From positions 1 through 33,053 of the forward strand of contig CAJXNF010000003.1 in NCBI GenBank assembly GCA_913056375.1: DNA of 33,053 nucleotides, given 5' to 3'. A program made the position numbers and the translations under genes. Origin of the DNA: an uncultured Pseudomonadota bacterium (GTDB lineage: Bacteria; SAR324; NAC60-12). The notes beneath the pieces are model-generated. The model was not told the DNA's origin, searched no databases, and saw nothing but the letters and a program-made list of their open reading frames with translations. Position 1 is the stretch's first letter. Each line of letters opens with the position of its first letter. Positions 1-9,273 of the stretch are shown one piece after another.

Positions 1-456
1 GGAAGTAGCCCCACTCTGCTGTACAGGCAACTCTACGACTACGTCTGGGGCCTGCCGAAAACGGAGAGTCAGCGTGTGTGATTCTCCAAGTTTAGGTGCC
101 TGTTTCAAGTTGATCAGCATGATGTGATAGCCTCCGGGTTTGAGCATCACCATGCCCTTTGCTGGAACTTCAAGGGAATCCACAGGGTACATCTTCATCA
201 TACCGTTCTCTTCCTTGACGTTGTGGATTTCCACTACTTCAGCCAGAGGTGAACTGGCCCCAATCAGGGCATCTGCCTGATCTTGGTGGTTCATCATGGT
301 CAGGTAGGCAGCCCCCATCTTGGCATTGGGAGGTGTCGCTCGAATCCAACCATTGGTGACTCCCATTTCAGCCATGGACTGTGCGAACACAACACTAATA
401 CTTAGTATGGACAACAAACCGATGAATAAGCCAAATATTTTTGAAATTTGTTTCAT
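1..456 (-). CDS. PCu(A)C-family periplasmic copper chaperone (3' end runs off the window)
   Basis: Not in the ORF track; translated by hand from ATG 456: MKQISKIFGLFIGLLSILSISVVFAQ (signal peptide)...WIRATPPNAKMGAAYLT...EIHNVKEENGMMKM...LKPGGYHIMLINL, carrying the His/Met Cu(I) motif of PCu(A)C. GGAGA RBS upstream. Confidence 0.93.
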   Translation of the reverse strand, partial: MKQISKIFGLFIGLLSILSISVVFAQSMAEMGVTNGWIRATPPNAKMGAAYLTMMNHQDQADALIGASSPLAEVVEIHNVKEENGMMKMYPVDSLEVPAKGMVMLKPGGYHIMLINLKQAPKLGESHTLTLRFRQAPDVVVELPVQQSGATS

Positions 457-701
457 TGTTGATTCTTTCTCCAGGAGTAGTTGCTCCACAGTTTGAACGT
501 AACCTGAGCGCTAAAGCTCAGTCCTCCGGTCTCACTGCAGAGAAAAATTGTGCGCTCTCCTTGTTACTGCTCAGATGATCAAAGGACCTGAAGTGATCGA
601 ATCGCAGGTAGCTATTGACGCGGAGAGTATTTTGAAACGTCCGATGTTCTTCAGAGTTTCAAGGAAAACAACAGACGCTCAGTAATTTTGGCAAGAATGG
701 A

Positions 702-1085
702 TCAGAATGGAGGAGGAGCCCGCAGGGAAGCCAGACTCAGCCAGGCCTTCGCAATAAAAGGAGACTGGTAGGGGAGGTTACTAAGTATGTGGACTAGAAC
801 CGGCCCAAGGATTGGGGTCATGGGAGGTAGAACAAGTGTGGCGCTCCCAGAGTTCCAAGCTAGTAGGGCGGGGCAAGGTTCTGTATCCGTAGAAACGGGA
901 GTCAATGGGAAGGGCAGACAGTCCAGATGCTCTGCCAGGTCTGCGGAGACAAAAGCACCTGTTGGTGTGCGGAACCCGCTCGTGTGCTGCACATGCACTG
1001 GGATCACACTGAGCCAGATCAGCAGCAATACAGCCAGTGCTCCAGCCAAACTACGAAGATTTTTAGAACGATAACTTGTGCTCAT
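702..1085 (-). CDS. DUF2946/CutF/CruR-like leader protein with C-terminal RAPP arrest motif
   Basis: Likely start ATG 1085 (MSTSYRSK..., 127 aa). N-terminal hydrophobic helix, His and Cys residues, ends SLRAPPPF. Lies upstream of and co-oriented with a copper chaperone. Confidence 0.75.
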   Translation of the reverse strand: MSTSYRSKNLRSLAGALAVLLLIWLSVIPVHVQHTSGFRTPTGAFVSADLAEHLDCLPFPLTPVSTDTEPCPALLAWNSGSATLVLPPMTPILGPVLVHILSNLPYQSPFIAKAWLSLASLRAPPPF

Positions 1086-1304
1086 GCACCTGTTGGGGAA
1101 GAAGACTTTTTTCAAAAATATTATTCTCCCAACCCTACCGCACTCTCCACAAAATTCTAGGATTTTTGAGTGAAATGAGAATTGGTTTGGTGGATCAATG
1201 AGCACATTCCGTAGTTGCAGTCGGTCATAACGGTCGACTGGCAAACTCTTTTCATGGCCAGATGCGAATTTGTTTGAACCCTGATTCAGGAAGGAGTTGC
1301 CCCG

Positions 1305-1775
1305 ATGTCGATCTCTGTTCTCCCACGCCGTCGTCCATTGGTCACGGATGGAAGCATCGCTTCAATACATGGCTTGGAAATTGGTGCCGAACGCTCACTG
1401 CCCATCTTCAGTATGGGAGTCTCTGCGGGTTTCCCTTCACCGGCAGAAGATCATCTGGAGGGACGCTTGGACCTCAATGAGCACCTGATTCCTCATCCTA
1501 CCTCAACCTTCTTTGTCCGAGCTGCTGGAGATTCAATGATCCAGGCTGGAATCTTCGACGGAGACCTGCTGGTAGTGGATCGGTCCATCGAGCAACGCAA
1601 GGGTCGGATTGTGATTGCTTCGCTACATGGAGAGTTTACTCTCAAGCGGCTTTGGCAGGATGGAGGTCGGATTGAGTTGCGTCCGGAAAACGAAAATTAT
1701 GAATCCATCCAAGTGACGGTGGATGATGCTTTTGCTGTCTGGGGAGTGGTGACCTATGTCATCCACAAGCTCTGA
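1305..1775 (+). CDS. umuD: DNA polymerase V autoproteolytic subunit UmuD (S24 family)
   Basis: VSAGFPSPA (Ala-Gly cleavage site), GDSM (catalytic Ser), TLKRL (catalytic Lys). AGGAG RBS. Overlaps umuC. Confidence 0.95.
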   Translation: MSISVLPRRRPLVTDGSIASIHGLEIGAERSLPIFSMGVSAGFPSPAEDHLEGRLDLNEHLIPHPTSTFFVRAAGDSMIQAGIFDGDLLVVDRSIEQRKGRIVIASLHGEFTLKRLWQDGGRIELRPENENYESIQVTVDDAFAVWGVVTYVIHKL

Positions 1776-3033
1776 ACCCTGCCTAGCGCTGGTTGATTGT
1801 AACAATTTCTACGTTTCCTGTGAGCGAGTCTTTCGGCCCGACTTAGCAAAAGTTCCAGTAGCTGTCCTCAGCAACAACGATGGTTGCGTGATCGCCCGCA
1901 GTGAGGAGGTCAAGCAATTGGGGGTAGCGATGGGGACTCCCTACTTTCAGTGTGGACCAGAGTTGCGTCGGGCTGGGGCTGTTGTTTTCAGCAGCAACTA
2001 TCCACTCTACGGAGATTTCAGCCAGCGGGTGATGCAAACGCTGGAGGCTCAGTGTCCACGGGTGGAACGTTACTCAATCGATGAAGCCTTCGTCGAGATT
2101 CCCGGTAGCGAACAGACAGAGCGAGAAGCCTTCGCTCGACAATTGCGGGAACGGGTCCTGCGAGATACGGGCATTCCTGTCTCGATTGGGTTGGCTCCAA
2201 CGAAGGTACTGGCCAAGTTGGCCAATCGACAGGCCAAACGGCGCAAGGAAGCTGCAGGGATCTGGTCCATGCCGGACGATCCAGAAATTCGTCAACAGCA
2301 GCTTTCAGTGACCCCATTGACGGATATCTGGGGCATTGGTAGGCGTTGGGCAAGGCGCTTGGAAACCGAAGGTTGGCAGAATGCTGCAGACTTGGCAGCT
2401 GCTGATCCTGCAATGATCCGGCTTGTCGCCAATGTGGTTTTGCAGCGAATCGCTTTGGAGCTACGTGGAGAACCCTGTCTTTCCTTGGAAGAAACTAGCC
2501 CACCACCGCGCTCACTGGTGCGTAGTCGTTCCTTCGGTCAACCGCTTTACCAGCTGACAGAATTGCGTCCAGCCCTTGGACGATACCTGCAACGCGGCTG
2601 GGAGCATTTGCGTAGGCATCATTTGAGGGCAAGCGGAATCCAGGTCTTTCTGCACACCAGCCGTTTTCACAGAGAAGTTCGCTATTTCGGTAGCCGACAA
2701 GCGGTCATCGAGCCAACAGATGATCTTTGGGAACTCCAACGTTGTGCCTTTGCATTATTGCAACAAGCCTATCGCTCGGGTGTGGCCTATACCCGCTGCG
2801 GGGTAATGCTCTTTGGTCTGGAACCCGATCAGCCTTCCTGGAATATGGACACAGCGTGGCAACCGAGAGCAGAACTGCAGCAAGCCATCACAGGACTCCA
2901 GCAACGTTGGGGACGTAATGTGCTACAGTTGGCTCACACCTTGACGGCAGCCAAAGGGTTGCCACTCCAGCAACATCGATCCCCACGCTACACCACTCAA
3001 TGGTCCGAATTACCAGTGATCGGGCTTCACTGA
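1756..3033 (+). CDS. umuC: Y-family DNA polymerase V catalytic subunit UmuC
   Basis: ALVDCNNFYVSCE, LSNNDGC, YSIDEAF and C-terminal SPRYTTQWSEL motifs. Confidence 0.95.
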   Translation: MSSTSSEPCLALVDCNNFYVSCERVFRPDLAKVPVAVLSNNDGCVIARSEEVKQLGVAMGTPYFQCGPELRRAGAVVFSSNYPLYGDFSQRVMQTLEAQCPRVERYSIDEAFVEIPGSEQTEREAFARQLRERVLRDTGIPVSIGLAPTKVLAKLANRQAKRRKEAAGIWSMPDDPEIRQQQLSVTPLTDIWGIGRRWARRLETEGWQNAADLAAADPAMIRLVANVVLQRIALELRGEPCLSLEETSPPPRSLVRSRSFGQPLYQLTELRPALGRYLQRGWEHLRRHHLRASGIQVFLHTSRFHREVRYFGSRQAVIEPTDDLWELQRCAFALLQQAYRSGVAYTRCGVMLFGLEPDQPSWNMDTAWQPRAELQQAITGLQQRWGRNVLQLAHTLTAAKGLPLQQHRSPRYTTQWSELPVIGLH

Positions 3034-3174
3034 TCGGCTCAAGCGCTCCCCAGATATTCAACAGATGTCTTTCCTTCCACTGACCAAACAATCTTCATTA
3101 CGGCCTTGGAAGCTTTGCCGAAGCCTTTCCCTGTAGGTTGATACAACAAGTTTTGAGTGTTCATCGACTCAAAC

Positions 3175-3202
3175 TTGGACTTTGGTCGGTTTCTGTTACA
3201 CT
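3175..3202 (+). promoter_or_regulatory. Candidate sigma70 promoter of sodB
   Basis: TTGGAC-N16-TACACT with extended -10 (TGnTACACT), about 90 nt upstream of the sodB ATG. Confidence 0.45.
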
Positions 3203-3293
3203 TCTGTTCATCTGATGGGAAGCAACGCTTCGCCACCGCCTTCGACGCGGTTGTCGAGGGATTACTAACACGAGTCTTTCTGAAAGGATCTCA

Positions 3294-3872
3294 ATGGAAC
3301 ACCAACTCCCCGCCCTGCCCTATGCCATGGATGCCCTTGCACCACACATTTCTGCTGAGACCCTGGAGTTTCACTATGGCAAGCATCATCAAACCTATGT
3401 GACCAAGCTCAACGGTCTGATTCCCGGGACAGAATTCGAGAACATGTCCTTAGAAGATATTGTTGGCAAGTCCAGTGGTGGCGTTTTCAACAATGCAGCC
3501 CAGGTTTGGAATCATACTTTCTACTGGAACTGCCTGAGCCCCAATGGAGGTGGAGCACCCAATGACAAACTAGCTTCAGCGCTGCAGGGTTCCTTTGGCT
3601 CCGTTGATGCGTTCAAAGAGCAGTTCACCAATTCGGCGGTCAACAACTTCGGCTCTGGGTGGACCTGGTTGGTGCAGAATTCCGATGGCAAGCTGGCGCT
3701 AGAGAACACAAGCAACGCAGCAACTCCTCTGACCGGAGCAAGCACACCATTGCTAACCTGTGATGTCTGGGAACACGCTTACTACATCGACTATCGCAAC
3801 GCTCGTCCAAAGTATCTGGACGCCTTCTGGAATCTCGTGAACTGGGACTTTGTCACAGACAACATGAGCTGA
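3294..3872 (+). CDS. sodB: Fe superoxide dismutase
   Basis: [16 protein letters not shown] (Fe-type AAQ signature), [17 protein letters not shown]. Confidence 0.97.
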   Translation: MEHQLPALPYAMDALAPHISAETLEFHYGKHHQTYVTKLNGLIPGTEFENMSLEDIVGKSSGGVFNNAAQVWNHTFYWNCLSPNGGGAPNDKLASALQGSFGSVDAFKEQFTNSAVNNFGSGWTWLVQNSDGKLALENTSNAATPLTGASTPLLTCDVWEHAYYIDYRNARPKYLDAFWNLVNWDFVTDNMS

Positions 3873-3886
3873 TCGATCTCTCCTTT

Positions 3887-3914
3887 GCAGACCGCTTTTG
3901 CTGCTGCGGTCTGC
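3887..3914 (+). terminator. Stem-loop after sodB, probable terminator
   Basis: GCAGACCGC-10 nt-GCGGTCTGC perfect 9-bp stem just after the stop; no good U-tract follows. Confidence 0.5.
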
Positions 3915-3937
3915 CTCCGCCCGCGGCAAATCAATCC

Positions 3938-3966
3938 TTGCAATTTCAATAGCAGTTTCTTATACT
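3938..3966 (+). promoter_or_regulatory. Sigma70 promoter of hppA
   Basis: TTGCAA-N17-TATACT, close to consensus with ideal spacing. Confidence 0.7.
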
Positions 3967-4121
3967 TAGCGGCTTTCCATTTGGCGACTCCTCCTCTGGA
4001 AGAGCATGGAGCCTCGGAGGCGTGGCCTGCACCAGAGAAGTCCGGAACACGCTACAAGCGCGTCTAGCCTTCACTCCTTTCCTTCTGTTTCCACCTCATT
4101 TCTCAACGGAGTAAGTCTCTC

Positions 4122-6248
4122 ATGACCATTTCGCTCATTTTGGTCCTGTCGGTCTTTGGACTGCTGATTGCCCTATACTATGCCCGTCAGGTCTCGCAAA
4201 TCCCATTGACCCAAGGCATCTCTGACCCTGCAGAAGCAGAACGCCTGCGCAAGATTCACGGTGCGATTTCCAAGGGGGCGATGGCCTTCCTGACCCAAGA
4301 GTATCGCTACATGATCTATTTCATGGTGGCATTTGCAGTTCTGATCTCATTTTTAGTGGATGATCCACACACGACCAACCTGAATGAGGGCTTCTATACA
4401 GCGTTCTCATTCCTGCTTGGGGCTGGTGTGTCCATCGCCTCTGGATTCATTGGGATGAAGATTGCGACCATTGGTAACGCACGCACAACCGTTTCTGCCA
4501 AGACTTCGATTTCCAAGGCGTTCCAGGTAGCTTTGCATTCTGGTGCGGTGATGGGTTTTGGCCTAGTTGGTTTGGCTGTACTCGGACTGATCGGTGTGTA
4601 TCTGATGTTGCTGGGCATGCTGCCTTCCGGAGTGGACACACACATCTTGATGGAAGTCATGGCTGGCTTTGGTCTGGGTGGCTCTTCGATTGCGCTGTTT
4701 GGTCGTGTAGGCGGTGGGATCTTCACCAAGGCAGCAGACGTTGGGGCTGACCTGGTTGGGAAGGTGGAGCAGGGAATTCCGGAGGACGATCCTCGCAACC
4801 CAGCAGTCATCGCAGATAATGTTGGTGACAACGTTGGTGACGTAGCAGGGATGGGAGCAGACCTCTTCGGTTCCTGTGCGGAAAGTACCTGCGCCGCATT
4901 AGTGATTGGTGCCGTGGCCTTTGCCACCAACCTGGAGGCCTTACTCTTCCCGATTCTGGTCACAGCCATTGGGATACCGCTGGCGCTAGCCACGATGTTC
5001 ACGGCTCGGGTTCAGGAAGAGAAAGATGTAGCTCCTACTCTGAAGAAGCTGCTGGTTGTCTCTACGATCCTCAGCGTGGTTGTGATGTTCTTCGTGACCA
5101 AGTGGGCTCTGCCGGCGACCTTCGTGATCAGTGGCTCAGAATATACCAATCTTGGTATCTACTGGTGCTACTTCGCTGGAGCAGTGGCTGGTCTGGCGGT
5201 AGGACTACTGACAGAATACTACACGTCTCATGATTTCGCGCCTGTGCGAGAAGTAGCCAAAGCCTCAGAAACAGGCTCAGCTACCAACATCATTTTTGGT
5301 TTGGCACTTGGCTACCACAGCTCTGTCGGATCAATCCTGGCAATCGCAGTCAGTATTTATGTGCCATTCTACTTTGGTGGAATGTACGGAGTAGCGATTG
5401 CAGCTTTGGGTATGCTCAGCACACTGATCATTGGTCTGGCCATTGATGCTTACGGCCCAGTGGCTGACAATGCTGGTGGTATTGCTGAGATGAGCGGTAT
5501 GGAAGAGGGTGTGCGAAAGCGCACTGACGTGCTGGATGCTGCTGGTAACACAACCGCTGCGATTGGCAAGGGCTTCGCAATTGGTTCTGCGATCCTGACG
5601 GCCTTAGCTTTATTTGCGGCCTTCCTGACCCGTGCTGACTATCTACAGCCGGATGTTGACCTGATGGCTAGCATCAGCTTGCTGGATCCGTTGGTACTGA
5701 CCGGCCTCTTCGTCGGCGCCATGCTGCCCTTCCTCTTCTCAGCAATGACCATGAAGTCTGTTGGAAAAGCAGCCTTTGACATGATTGAGGAAGTACGCCG
5801 TCAGTTCCGGACGATTGATGGCATCATGGAGGGCAAGGCCGAACCAGACTACGCACAATGTGTCGCTATTTCGACCAAGGCTGCTGTCCGTGAAATGATT
5901 CCTCCCGGTATCCTGATTTTAGGTACTCCAATCCTTGTGGGCTTCCTTTTCGGTATTCCTGCACTCGCTGGAGTATTAGCCGGTTCATTGGTCGCTGGTG
6001 GGGTTTTGGCAATCTCTTCAGCCAACTCTGGAGGGGCCTGGGACAACGCCAAGAAGTACATTGAAGCTGGGAACCTGGGTGGAAAAGGAACCGATACTCA
6101 CAAAGCCGCTGTGGTTGGTGACACGGTGGGTGATCCCTTGAAAGACACCTCTGGTCCTTCGCTGAATATTCTGATCAAGCTGTCAGCGATTCTCAGCCTT
6201 GTCTTTGTTCCTTTCTTTGTAGAATACGGTGGATTATTGGTCAACTGA
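4122..6248 (+). CDS. hppA: Membrane-integral pyrophosphatase, K+-dependent, probably H+-translocating
   Basis: [42 protein letters not shown] (Ala = K+-dependent), [10 protein letters not shown]; many transmembrane segments. Confidence 0.96.
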   Translation: MTISLILVLSVFGLLIALYYARQVSQIPLTQGISDPAEAERLRKIHGAISKGAMAFLTQEYRYMIYFMVAFAVLISFLVDDPHTTNLNEGFYTAFSFLLGAGVSIASGFIGMKIATIGNARTTVSAKTSISKAFQVALHSGAVMGFGLVGLAVLGLIGVYLMLLGMLPSGVDTHILMEVMAGFGLGGSSIALFGRVGGGIFTKAADVGADLVGKVEQGIPEDDPRNPAVIADNVGDNVGDVAGMGADLFGSCAESTCAALVIGAVAFATNLEALLFPILVTAIGIPLALATMFTARVQEEKDVAPTLKKLLVVSTILSVVVMFFVTKWALPATFVISGSEYTNLGIYWCYFAGAVAGLAVGLLTEYYTSHDFAPVREVAKASETGSATNIIFGLALGYHSSVGSILAIAVSIYVPFYFGGMYGVAIAALGMLSTLIIGLAIDAYGPVADNAGGIAEMSGMEEGVRKRTDVLDAAGNTTAAIGKGFAIGSAILTALALFAAFLTRADYLQPDVDLMASISLLDPLVLTGLFVGAMLPFLFSAMTMKSVGKAAFDMIEEVRRQFRTIDGIMEGKAEPDYAQCVAISTKAAVREMIPPGILILGTPILVGFLFGIPALAGVLAGSLVAGGVLAISSANSGGAWDNAKKYIEAGNLGGKGTDTHKAAVVGDTVGDPLKDTSGPSLNILIKLSAILSLVFVPFFVEYGGLLVN

Positions 6249-6395
6249 GACCAACTACCGGATTCCCTCTTTTCGGGCTGGCTGATCACAGGCCAGCCTC
6301 TTCCTGCCTCATTTTTGCCACAAAAATATTGCTCTCTGCTAGTGCTTCTTAGATGATGATGATTTTTGTGACTTTTCGTTAGCCTTCGTGGAGTT

Positions 6396-9173
6396 ATGCC
6401 CATGAATTCAGAGGAATCCGCACTTTCCCAGGATCAGCAAAACCGTGAGATCACGCTGGCCAACATGGCCTCCTATTATCGGGTTTTGTTGGAGAACGTA
6501 CCGGATGCCCTGTTTGTCCTGAATACCGAGTGGAAGATCACCTTTGCCAATACCTGGGCTGAGGAAATCTTTGGCTATAGCCGGGAGGATTTAGATCTGC
6601 GGAGTCTTGCTGATCTCCTGATCCAGCCAACGCAGGCAATGCCAAAGATTCAGGAAATCACACTGCTGCCTCCAGATGGTCAGGGTCGAAGTGTTGAGTG
6701 CTTTGCAAGACATCAGTCCGGAAACGTTCTCCCAGTAGAAATCAGCGCAGTTCGCTCCCAGACTAGTCAGGGTACGATGATCATGGTTTCTGTGCGGGAA
6801 ATCAGCGCTCGAAAGCAGGCTGAGCAGACCATGCGCAAACTCTCACATGCGGTTCGCTTTAGCTCAGCAATGACGATCATTGCGGATCGTAGTGGTTGTA
6901 TTGAATATGTGAATCGGAAGTTCATCGAAGTCACCGGTTTTGCGGAGGAAGATGTTTGTGGTCAGCAGATGGTGCAATTCTATCAGACAGACTCGACAAA
7001 CAATGCGTATGGAGAACTCTGGGAGACAGTCACTGTAGGACAAGAATGGCAGGGAGAGCTCCAGGCTCGCCGCAAAAACAATCAGGACTACTGGGCAAGA
7101 ATGTTGGTGGCTCCTGTGCTGGAGGATAACGGAGATCTCAGCAGTGTGGTTGTGATGCAGGAAGATATCACGGTCCAGAAGCAGTATGAGCGAAGTCTGC
7201 ACGAAGCGATGGAAGCGGCCAAGGCCGCCAATGCAGCCAAGAGCGAGTTTCTCGCCAATATGAGCCACGAAATCCGCACACCGTTGAATGCGGTCATTGG
7301 GCTCGCTCAACTGTGTATCCAAACCCGTCTGAATCCACAGCAACGTGACTACCTGGACAAGATTGCGAGCTCAGCACAGTCACTGCTTGGCATCATCAAC
7401 GATATTCTTGACTTCTCTAAAATTGAAGCCAACAAGCTGGAGTTGGAAGAAACAAACTTCAGCCTCGACTCAGTGTTCAAGAATGTCTCAACGATGCTCT
7501 CGATCCGAGCGTTGGAAAAGAATATCGAGTTGCTTTTCGACGTGCCACCAAGCCTCCCAGAACAGCTGGTTGGGGATCCCTTGCGGATGGGTCAGATCGT
7601 GACAAACCTGACCAACAATGCAGTCAAGTTTACCGAACGGGGTGAGGTAGTCATTGCCGTTGAAGAGTTGGAGCGTGCTACAGACATCATCCGGTTACGC
7701 TTTACGGTTCGGGACACGGGCATTGGTATTCCCGCAGAGCAGCTGTCTCAGTTGTTCCGATCCTTCACTCAGGTCGATTCATCGACTACTCGGAAATATG
7801 GCGGTACAGGGCTGGGTCTGGCGATCTGCAAGCGACTCGTGGAGATGATGGGAGGAGAGATTCGTGTACAGAGTACCGTGCACCAAGGGACTTCATTTGC
7901 TTTTGAGTTGAGCCTGAGAATGGCTTCTTCGCGTCCAGCTTCCCGTCAGATGATTGCCAACTGCAGAAATCTGCGTGCTCTCATTGTGGATGACAATCGG
8001 ACCTCGTGCCAGATCCTGGAGCAGCAACTACAGGCCTTGGAATTACAAACGGAGGCTGTGCATTCTGGTGAGGAAGCTCTGCGAAGAGTAGGACGGGGAG
8101 CTTTTGATTTGGTGTTGATTGACTGGCGCCTCGGTGGAGGGATGGATGGCATTCGTACAGCTAAACTGATTGGGAGCGAGCTGGAGTTGGAAAAGTTACC
8201 AAAAATCCTGCTGGTGACGGCCTACGGTCGTGACGATCTTTGGCCTCGGGCACAGCAGGCAGGAGTCGGTGGGATGCTGATCAAGCCGATTCAAAAGCTG
8301 GCCCTGCACACGGCTCTCAACAACCTACTCCAGCCGAATGCAGATTCTGATGGCACAGATCCTTTCCAAAGTAACAAGATGGCGGAGCCGGATCTCAGCA
8401 AAATTCGTGGATCACGAATCCTATTGGTTGAGGATAACGAACTCAATCAGCAACTGGCTACCGAACTGCTCCGGCAGCGTAATTTTGTGGTAGATGTAGC
8501 TCCGAATGGCCAGGAGGCTCTCAATGTTTTACGACGCCAATCCTATGATCTGGTATTGATGGACGTGCAAATGCCGGTGATGGACGGCTATGAAGCAACT
8601 CGCTTCCTGAGGCGCTTACCACAATTCAAGGAGTTGCCCATCATCGCCATGACTGCCAATGCTCTTCATACAGATCGCGAGCAGGCGCTAGAAGTGGGGA
8701 TGAACGATCATATTCCCAAGCCCATTGAGTTGCAGCTATTGTTGAGCAAACTGCTCCAATGGATTCCACCCAAGAAAAATGAGACAACCGTGCCGACCAA
8801 TCAACCACTGGAGTCACCACCAAAAGAATTGCCTGCCAATGTTCCTGGGCTAGCGATCGCAACCGCTCTGAATCGTCTGAACCAGAATACCTCGCTGTAC
8901 CTGCGTCTGTTGGATGTCTTTCAGCGTAACCAGTCCAACACGGCGGAAAAGATGCAGGAATTACTGGCGGAAGAAAATCTGGTTGAAGCTGCTCGGCTCG
9001 CCCATACCCTGAAGGGAATTGCTGGTAGTCTGGGAGCTAAGGGACTGGAAACGGCGTCTCGCACTGCTGAAGCACAACTGCGTGAAGGCAACGTGGTTCC
9101 GGATTCACTGGCTACTCTGGAAAAAGAACTCAAACAGGTTCTGAAAGCCGTAGCAGATTTACTGGCACGCTGA
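6396..9173 (+). CDS. Cytoplasmic hybrid histidine kinase (PAS-PAS-HisKA-HATPase-REC-REC-Hpt)
   Basis: FLANMSHEIRTPLN H-box, NAVKFT, DTGIGI, GGTGLGL, two receivers (LIDWRL, LMDVQMP), Hpt AHTLKG. No transmembrane segment. Confidence 0.94.
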   Translation: MPMNSEESALSQDQQNREITLANMASYYRVLLENVPDALFVLNTEWKITFANTWAEEIFGYSREDLDLRSLADLLIQPTQAMPKIQEITLLPPDGQGRSVECFARHQSGNVLPVEISAVRSQTSQGTMIMVSVREISARKQAEQTMRKLSHAVRFSSAMTIIADRSGCIEYVNRKFIEVTGFAEEDVCGQQMVQFYQTDSTNNAYGELWETVTVGQEWQGELQARRKNNQDYWARMLVAPVLEDNGDLSSVVVMQEDITVQKQYERSLHEAMEAAKAANAAKSEFLANMSHEIRTPLNAVIGLAQLCIQTRLNPQQRDYLDKIASSAQSLLGIINDILDFSKIEANKLELEETNFSLDSVFKNVSTMLSIRALEKNIELLFDVPPSLPEQLVGDPLRMGQIVTNLTNNAVKFTERGEVVIAVEELERATDIIRLRFTVRDTGIGIPAEQLSQLFRSFTQVDSSTTRKYGGTGLGLAICKRLVEMMGGEIRVQSTVHQGTSFAFELSLRMASSRPASRQMIANCRNLRALIVDDNRTSCQILEQQLQALELQTEAVHSGEEALRRVGRGAFDLVLIDWRLGGGMDGIRTAKLIGSELELEKLPKILLVTAYGRDDLWPRAQQAGVGGMLIKPIQKLALHTALNNLLQPNADSDGTDPFQSNKMAEPDLSKIRGSRILLVEDNELNQQLATELLRQRNFVVDVAPNGQEALNVLRRQSYDLVLMDVQMPVMDGYEATRFLRRLPQFKELPIIAMTANALHTDREQALEVGMNDHIPKPIELQLLLSKLLQWIPPKKNETTVPTNQPLESPPKELPANVPGLAIATALNRLNQNTSLYLRLLDVFQRNQSNTAEKMQELLAEENLVEAARLAHTLKGIAGSLGAKGLETASRTAEAQLREGNVVPDSLATLEKELKQVLKAVADLLAR

Positions 9174-9273
9174 GATGTGTGATCAGTGAAAAATATCCAC
9201 TAGACCATCTGATTGTCCATTCTGGGATAGAGTGGATGTCAACCTGCTACTGTTGAAGACGCACAAAGCCAAA

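Noticed and set aside
1086-1244. N-terminal 53-aa extension of the 702..1244 ORF
   Set aside because: Overlaps the divergent promoter region; ATG 1085 directly precedes the basic/hydrophobic signal and is the better start.
1200-1304. LexA/SOS box upstream of umuD
   Set aside because: No match to CTGT-N8-ACAG or GAAC-N4-GTTC that I could verify; the lineage-specific box is unknown to me.
1305-3033. umuDC as a marker of an ICE or prophage
   Set aside because: Flanked by housekeeping and stress genes with similar composition and no mobility genes.
3039-3236. 65-aa minus-strand ORF between umuC and sodB
   Set aside because: No motif or clear RBS; overlaps the sodB promoter and hairpins.
4394-5002. 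202-aa antisense ORF in hppA (also 11928..12563, 22374..23126, 27319..27819 and similar)
   Set aside because: Shadow ORFs opposite well-conserved genes, with no recognisable motifs.
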